64,000 bases of DNA from an uncultured Oscillospiraceae bacterium (GTDB lineage Bacteria; Bacillota; Clostridia; Oscillospirales; Oscillospiraceae), in contig CAJUAS010000001.1 of NCBI GenBank assembly GCA_910584395.1, forward strand, positions 116,887 to 180,886, written 5' to 3'. Shown here piece after piece: positions 36,001-45,000 of the stretch. Below the pieces are notes generated by a model that was not told where the DNA came from, ran no database searches, and saw only the letters and a program-made list of their open reading frames with translations. The translations under genes were made by a program, and so were the position numbers. Each line of letters opens with the position of its first letter. Position 1 is the first letter of the stretch.

Positions 36001-39000
36001 GTTATAGGTGTGGAGCAGGGCGTCATTCTCGTCGTAGTGCTCATAGTGGTCCAAAATCAAGCTCTTGGACTCGCCGTCGCCCGCCTGAACGGCCCGGAAG
36101 CTGTCGTCCCGCGTCCCGTTGCCCAACTGGCCGCGGTCGTTGCGGCCCCAGTTCCATACATAGCCGTCATAGCGGACAGCCGCCATGTGCTTGCCGCCCA
36201 CGGCGATGGCAATGGCGCGGGTGAAGAACTTGTAATCCTGATTGGAATTGGCGCTCTCGCCCTGCGCGACCTGAACGGCGTGGCCCACAAAAGCGGTGCG
36301 CGCGCCCTCCAGATCGTCCTCGTCCCGTTCGTCCAGACCCAGCTGGCCTTCCATATTAGAGCCCCAAGCGTACACAACGCCGCCCGCTTCGCCGAGCATT
36401 GTGCCGTCGCGGACAATGGCTTCGCTGGACTGCCCGCCGGCAGCCACAGTCAGCACGTTTTGAAGATCGGCGCCGGAGGCGGTCTTGACCCGGACAGCCC
36501 CAGCCTCACGCCGCTTGACGATGGATTCGCCCACCAGATCATAGGCGTCCACGCCCTCAATGCCGGGCTGGCCTCCCACGCCGGGCACTTCGGTCACCAG
36601 ATCCTTGATGTCATAGGTCACATGGTCCACCGCGGCGTTGCCGATCTGGCCATAGGTATTTTCGCCGAAGGCCGCGACCGTCCCGTCGGACAACAGAGCC
36701 AGAGAGTGGTTGCCGCCGGCGGAAATGCTCATCACATTGACCAGATAGCCGCGCATCTCGCCGGCCGCCTGATTTGCGGGATCACCGTTCACAGCACCCA
36801 CCTTCACCCGCACCGGCACACGGTAGGTAAAGGTCGCACCCAGAGTGGAATTGTCGCTGCGGACCAAGGTGCTGTCAACGCCCACACCCAACTGGCCGTA
36901 GGAGTTGTCACCCCAGCCAAAGAGAGAACCGTCGCTGCGAAGGGCCAGCACATGGCCGTCGCCGGTGGAAATGGACATGATCTCACTCAGGTAGTAGCCC
37001 TTGCTGGCGGCTTCGCCCTCCATGACCTGAACAGGCTTCCAAGTGAACTCGTTGAAGGTCGGCTTGCTCTCCATCACCTTGTTGCCGCTCTCGTCGTCAA
37101 GGGATGCACCGTATTCGCCGCCGGTGGTCACCAGCGTGCCGTTCTTCTCGCGCTCCAAATACTGCTCCAGAGCGGTCTCATAGTCCTCATAGCTCCACTT
37201 CACACCGCTGTAAGTCGGCCGCGCCAGCACCCAGTCCGTACGGAAGGTCGGCTCGCCGTCCTTTTTGTCGCCCAGAGGCACAAAGTGGTCGTACTTTTCC
37301 CCGTAAGAGGGGTTGTCAATGGCCATCCGCTCATAGGCGGACTGGAGATAGCTGACCGCCGCCTCATAGAGCTGGAGGGCAAGGACAAACTCGTCCATGG
37401 TGGCTACCTCGTTGCCGCGGTAGTCGCCCAAGGGGCGGATCAGCTTACTGTTATCGCTGTCATCCTCGTAGTAGTCCTTCATGTTCGCCGGATCGCGCAG
37501 CGCTTTTTCCTGCAGTTCCACGAACTCCGTCATATCATAAAGGTACTTGGCATACAGGTAGTAGCTGTCCAGATAATAGGGGTCAGCCTCCGGACGCTCG
37601 TTGTGTCCGGTATACATCACTTCGCGGTTGAAGCGGCTGCCCATCCCGCTCAAGCCCAGCTTGGCGCACAGCTCGTCATAGATGCTGGGGTAGGCAGTGT
37701 AATCGCTGGTGCGGTAGGTCAGCTCGGTCAGGTGCTGCCCACGGACGCTGTCGTAGCCGAGCACGTCCCCTACATAGCCCACACCAAGCTGGCCCTTATC
37801 GTTGCGACCCCAGCTCCAGACCGTGTTGCGCTCGGTACGCACGACGGTAAAGCCGTCCCCGGCAGCGATCTCAACGATCTTGCCGAGCACGCTGCTGATG
37901 TCCGCTTCCACAGCGGAGAAGCTGCTATAGCCGATCACTTCGCCTTCATCGCCGGTGAGAGCAAAATCGGCGGGATCAAGGGCAAACTGCCCGAAGCTAT
38001 TGTCGCCCCAAACATACACCGTGCCCTCGCGGGTCAATGCGGCGGCGTGCCGCCGCCCGGCGGCCACCGCCACCACATGGCGGATCATGGGCGCAAGACC
38101 GCTTTCCGCGTCGGTGACCGTGCGCACCGCCATCGGCGCGTCAGAGTATGTCTCCACTTGGTTGTTGATGCCAAGCTGGCCATAGGTATTGTCGCCCCAA
38201 GTCCACACTGTGCCGTCCGCCTTCAGCGCGACGGAGAAGTTCTCGCCCAGAGCGATCATAGGCGTGGACTTATAGGCGTACTCCTGCTCCATGTGCTCGC
38301 CCGAAGCGTCCTCCACATTGAGGACGTGCACGACGATCATCGCAGAGCGGTGGGTCAGGGTGTTATAGATCCGCACGGTGGCCACGCCGCTCTGCTTCCC
38401 GGCGATAAGGGTATAACCCCTATGATCCACCACGGCGGGGTTGGAGGAGGTGATGACCAGCGGAGCGTTCGCCCACATATCCTCATACTGGGGCACTTCG
38501 TTGCCCTCTTCGTCCTCGGTCACACCCACCAGCTCATAGCGTTCGAGGTTGATCTCGGTGATGTCGTTGCCCAGCTCGTCCTTCCCTACCACGATCCGCT
38601 CGGCAGGGATTTCGATATAGGGCTGAACCGTGCCGTCCTCCGCAGTGGTGACGTTGCGGTAATATTTCTCTCTCCCCTGCGTGTAGACCAGACGGTAATC
38701 GGGAATATAACGCTCGCTCGTCCCCACGATATCCACGGTATCGTCGGTAACCAGCTCCAGATAGTTGCCCAATGTCAAGTCAGACAGCTTTACATCCCTG
38801 CCCGACCAGTTGGGAAGATCGCGCCCGGGTACAATGACCTCGGCGTCCAACACGCCGCCGGAGGGAAGAACCACGCTGTCGCCGCCCGTCTCCTCCATCA
38901 GCTCCGCGCCCGCCTCAAAGGTGGGACGCTGCATGGTGAACACCACGTTGTAGCCGGTCAGAAGGGCATCGTCCACCGCCGTCAGCTCATCCAGCGAACT

Positions 39001-42000
39001 GAGGGTGGCGTCCGAATAGCTGCCGCCGCCGGTGATCACGCTCTCCCCCTTGCCCACCACGCGGATGGTGAGGCTGGTGGCAGTGGCCAGATCCCAAGGT
39101 TTGTTGTCTGCATCGTCAATATTTTCGCTGATGGTGGCGTCCGTGCTAAAGGTCACGGGTTTCCCAAGCACAATGCCGCTCTTGTCGATCAGCATATTGT
39201 TGTCAGCATCCTCAAAGTTCTGCTGAATTCTCACAGAGAACTCGTCGGCGTGGCTGCCGATGATCTGCACGGAAATGGTGTTGTTCACGGGCAGCACCAG
39301 TTTGCCTTCCGCCTTGCCGGCAGCGCCCTTCTTCGCCGCCGCGTCAATGGTTTGGAGCACTGTGACGTTAAAGGCGGGCGACTGCTCGTCGGGCATGGCC
39401 ACGATCAGGCCGTTGCTGGTCTTGCCGTTATAAATGTCCGCGTCGGTATCATTGATCGAGCCGTTGAAGCCGCTGATGATCTGAACGTGGCCTTGGGTAA
39501 GGGTGTTGTTCATGGTCGTGCCGTCGTCGTTGGCCACCATCAGGGTGTACTGGATCTCCCGCGTCGGCACGGACAGCGGCGTCACAGCGGGATCCACCGC
39601 CCCTTGAAGGATGTCCTTCACATAGCCGCGGTAGGTCAGGTTAAACTGCGTGCCCATCACGGGGAGCTTCACCCCGTTGGGATAGCGCAGATAGACCATA
39701 TAGTCGTCTCTGGGGATGCCGCCCCGCGCCGTTCCGCCCAGCTCGCTGGTGTCGAACAGACCGTCGCCGCGGTGGGTGAGCTTATAGCTGGCCCAGACAC
39801 GCTGCGGTGCGCCCACCGCAGTTGTGCGGCCGCGCTGGCTTTCCAGATACAACTCATACCCCTGCGCGGTGGCGTCCGCCCAGTTCACATTGTTCTTGGT
39901 GAGGCGAACCGCCATGGGGATCATGTAGTTTTCGTCCCCGGCGACATTGCCGTCCATGGTCACCACCAAGTCGGTCTCACCCACCGCCTTCATGATCTGC
40001 AGGGGGGTCGTCCCGTCGGTGGTGGCGTACTGGTACTCGATCTTCTCCAGACCGATATTCGCCGTGCCGCCGCTGGAATTGCGCCAAGTGCTGCGGACGC
40101 GAGACCCCACCACGCCGCTGGTGAGGGCGGTGGTGGCGGTAGTGAAGATCAAGGGTGCATCCGCCATGACCTTATCGCCGTTAATGAGCTTCCAAGTGAC
40201 GTTGCCGGCGCTGCCGCCAGTATAAATGCTGTAGCGATCCTCGCCGTCCACCTGCGTGCGCTGTGCATAGTAGACGGAAAGCTCCGCCATGGCAACGCCG
40301 TTTACCGGCACGATGGCTACGTTCAAAGTGAAGTAGTCCAAGGTGTCGGTTTTGTTGCCATTCTTAATGGTGATGGTTTTCGGCCCTTCAAAGGCCAGCT
40401 CCGGGTGGGTCAGCAGGCCGCTGTCGGCATCAAACGCGCCGTCCACATACTCCCACACCTTATATGTGCCCTCGGGCACGTCCTTGGCGGTGTAGGTGTT
40501 CTTGCCCGCCTGCTTTTCCAGTACCACAGTCTTATAGCTGCTCTTGAGGAACAGCTTGCGGTCGCTGTCTGTCCAGCTGGCGTGATCCAGATCCACCCGC
40601 AGGGTCACGTCGAAGAGGCGCGGATGCTCCACGGTACACTGCACATCCACCTGATCGCCCAGAGACTCCACCGTGAAGTAGCCGTCCACCGTGGCGGCCT
40701 CGGCCTGTGTCAGTTCCTCCTTAAAGGAAGTACCGTCGGTATAGCCGCCGGTGTGCTCCACGCCGTTGTCATCCGTCCACTTGCCGTCGTAGACGACCCA
40801 GCGGTTCTTGCGCTCAGTGGTATAGACCGTGGCGGCGGGATTCACCGCCCACTCGTAGTTATAGTCGGAGACATAGCCGCCGCGGCCGGTCACATGGAGC
40901 ACCAGCTTGCCGCCGCCCCAGACGCTGTCACCGGAATGGATGACAATGGTCTCTCCGCCCACGGTGTATTCGCCCGTCAGAGTAGAGGTGGCGCTGCTGT
41001 CGCCGCCCGTTTCCGCCAGACCGAAGGTAATGGTGAAGAAATCGATCACAGCAGGGGCCTTTGTAAAGTCAATCCCCTTGCCAACCTTCACTTCCGCGCC
41101 CGTATCCTTCCAGACCGCGCCGTCCTTGTGCTCTTTCGACCAGATGTTGTAGCTGCCGCCGATCACATCCGCCGCATCGTAGTGCGTATAATAAGGAATC
41201 GCCACGCCGTCGGAATTTACATAGCCCGCGCCCTCCACCGTCCGGGTCAGCGGATACTCCCGCTTCATGGGGGTGTTCTGCACCAGCTTATAGTCGCAGT
41301 CATTATACGCCGCGTCGGGTACGCGATTCCAAAGGACGCCGTTCTGATGGGTCTCCATCCGCACAGAGAATGTGCGGTTGCCGCCGTAGTTCACTACGCC
41401 GGAAACAACAGGGATATAAGCGTCGTCAAAGCCGGACTGGCCCGCGCTGCTGCGGTCTACCAGAGACATTTCGCCCAACTGGCCGGACTCGTTCTTGCCC
41501 CACGCGAACACCTCGCCCCGATCCGTCAGGGCGACGGTGTGCTTGCCGCCGGCTGCCAGCGAGGTCACTACGCCGTCCACGTTTCCGGGCTTGGTCACCA
41601 CTTGATAGTTCTCGGCGACGGTCTGGGATTGATAATAGCCGTTGGAGTCTGTCGCGGGGATCGCGATCTGACCGTCGGTGTTTGTGCCGAAGGTATAAAT
41701 GGTACTCTCGATGATCGGGCCGAGAATGGTGGGATCGGGCAGTACCGCGCGTTTCCCCCGGAGGATGGCGGTATGGTACTGGCCTGCGGCCACACCCACC
41801 GCGTCAGTAATGTCGACGCCGTTGTCATCCACCAAGGCGGTGGCATACTGGACAAAGCCGAGGCCGTTCTGATCCGCAGAGGCGGCACGGCCGAGCTGGC
41901 CGTAGCGGTAGTCGCCGGCCGCCATAATGCGTCCGCCCGTGCCGCGGGTGGGGTCGCCCTCGGTAAGCACGGCGGTGTGATAAAAGCCCGCGCCGATCTG

Positions 42001-45000
42001 GATCACGCTGTCCACAAGGATGCCCGCGCCCTCGCCGGTGTTGCTGTACTGGCGCATATAGTCCACCGCCACCCCGTACCGGGTGCCGTCTTCATCAATT
42101 TCGTGAGGGCCAATACCCAACTGGCCATATGTATTGTCGCCCCATGCAGCCACATAGGTGCTGTCGCTGCCGCTGGTGCCGCCCACGTTGGCGTAGGGGA
42201 ACGGGCCGATGGCCAGAGAGTGCCAGCCGCCGCCCGCCACTTCGGTGGCTGCGGTCAGATACTTCATTTCCGGGGTCTGGCCGTTAACGTCGCGCACCAC
42301 CCGGTCGGGGTATGTGCGAATATCGCCGATGGCGCTGACCTTATACCCCGTGCCGAGCTGTGCCTTGGAGTTATCGCCCCAAGTATAAACCCAGCCGGTG
42401 TCGCCTACGGCGGCCATGGAGTGATACCCGCCGGCGGCAATGCTGGTCGCGCCCATCAGGTAGTTGCTGCCGCTCTCGTCGCCGCTTGCACCCGCAGTCA
42501 CCTGAATGGGATAGCAGCTCCAAGTGTCCTTCAGCTTCTCCACCGCCGCCTGATCCACTTCCACCTGAATGGTGTCGCCATGGACCTCATAGGTAATATA
42601 CACATCCTCGTTCTGGCCCAACTGGCCTCTGGAGTTGTCGCCCCAAGCGTACACCGAGCCGTCCGCCGTCCGGGCCAACGCATGGTTGAAGCCGGCGGAG
42701 ATCTCCTTTATTAAGGTAAGGCGACTCATCACAGGCTTGCTTTCCCGCGTGCCCAGTCCGGTCACGCGCATGGGATAGGGCGCATAGGGCAGCTCCTCGT
42801 AGCTCTTGCCCGTACCCAACTGGCCGTAGCTGTTGTCGCCCCATGCCCAGACCGTACCGTCGGACTTCAGCGCGACGGTAAAGTTCTCGCCGGTGCGGAC
42901 CATAGGCGTTGCAAAGTTGTTGGCGTCCTCGATGATGACCTTCAGCTTGCCTGCATAGACGCCGTTAATGTCCACATCCGCCGCGTCCTCCACAATGCCC
43001 ACGATGGTGAACACATCCTTCAGATCGGTGGGCTCCAGCACGGCGTTGTTCCGGCTCAGCTTCTCCCAAGGCTCTTGGTGATCCTTGGTGTCGGTGATGT
43101 CCAGATTGGGGATCTCCTCGGTGTGGGTATAGCCATAGATCATCTCGCTGTCCTTGGCGCTGGGCACAGCCCGGTCGCGCTCGGAGATGTTAAAGCCCAC
43201 ACTATAATAACGCTTCATTCCACTCTTGAACACCACCGCATACTGCTGGTCGGTGAGGGTGATGGAATATTGGAGGCTGACAGCCTTCAAGGCGTCGAAC
43301 TGCTCGTCGTTCAGCTCCATCAGGTTCTCGTCGTCCTCGGTGGGATCAATCTGGGTGAGCTTGGACACGGGGATGGACGCCACGTTGGGCGCGATGTCCG
43401 CATCGCCGTCCTCACCCTGAACAGGCACGGTTTCCGGCTGGACCGCGTAACGGGCGGTAAGCTGGGTGGTGGTCTCGCCGGTGTCCTCATCGGTCATGGT
43501 TGTAAAGACCCACACCTTGTCATAGATCAGGTTCTGGCTCACGCCGTAGCCGACCCGAATGGGAACTGCCACAGAGTCGTTGTCCGCCATGGGGTCACCC
43601 TTGCTGTTGACCATGGTCCGCAAGGTGGGGGCTGCGCCAAGCTGATAGACAAAGTTGTAGCCCGTGCCAAAGACCTCGCCCGCTTCATCCCACAAAATGG
43701 AGAAGTTATCGCCGGCGGACACGCCCACCGAGCCGGTCACATACTTCAGCTCCCCGCTGTTAATGTTGCCGTTCTCGTCGCGGGTGAAGTTCTCGGACAG
43801 CATCTTGGTGGGGGTACGCTTCTGGCTGCTGGTGTTGACGCCCGAACCGTCCGAGCTGACCTGACCGGAGTCACTGCTCTGGCCCAACTGTCCACGGGTG
43901 TCGTAACCCCAGCCGTAAGTATAGTAGATGTCGTCCCGGCTGTCGTTGCTGCTCTTGGGCCGCTCGCGAACCACGGACAAGGTGTGGTCAATACCCGCGG
44001 ACACGCTTACCGTGCGGATGTCGAACTCGTTGGCGTCGCGGTAGACCACTTCCGTGGGCAGGATGGCGTAGGTGTTTTCCTCGTCCTTAGGGTCGGGCTG
44101 AGGAGAGTTGTCGCCCACCTGACCGCGGTCATTCTGCCCCCAGCCAAACACCGTGGTGGTGTCGGTGCGAACGCCGTCCACCATATTAAGGTTGGCGGTG
44201 ATGGCCATCATGTGGCCGTAGCCGTGCTCATCGTTGCTGGCCGCGCCGCCCGCGCTCACCGCGACTGCGCCGCCAAAACCAGAAGTCTTGGTGGTCCATT
44301 CGCTGCCGTTGCGGGTCATGTAGGCCTGCACCTCGCCGGCAGTGGACTGCTGGAACCACTCGTTGTCACTGCCGTCGCTGGGTTTATGGTTGAGACCCAA
44401 CTGGCCGCGGCGGTTGTCGCCCCAAGTGTAGACCTTCCCCGCCGCGCTCAACGCCACCGAGATAGAGCCGCCCGCCGCGATGGACACGATCCCGGTCAAA
44501 GGCTTGTCGTTTCCGTCTTTGACCACCACCGGGTAACCACTATAGTAGAACTTTCCGGCCTCGCTGTACGTCAAGTCCTCAACCTTTACACCCAACTGCC
44601 CGTAGCTGCCGCCGCCCCAAGCGTACACCGTGCCGTCCGCCGCCAGCGCCAGCGCATGGTTGCCGCCAGCCTCGATAGCCACGATGTTGCAGAGGTAACC
44701 GTTCGCGTCCGTGTTAGGATCTGCCGGCTGGCCTTCCGCCACCGCCGGGCCGCGCACCAGCATCGGGTCCTGCACAGTCTCGCGGGCATTGATATCGCCC
44801 GTGCCGGTCTGGCCACGGGTGTTGGAGCCCCAAGCATACACATTGCCGTCGGCTGTCAGGGCCAGAGAGAAGTTCAATCCGGTGGACACCATCACCACGC
44901 CGGTCAACGGGGTGTAGATGCCGTTGGCGCTGCGCAGATAAATGGGCGCAGGGGAACGGAGAACGCCGCCGTTGGCGCTGCCCAGCGCGTTGGTGTTGCT

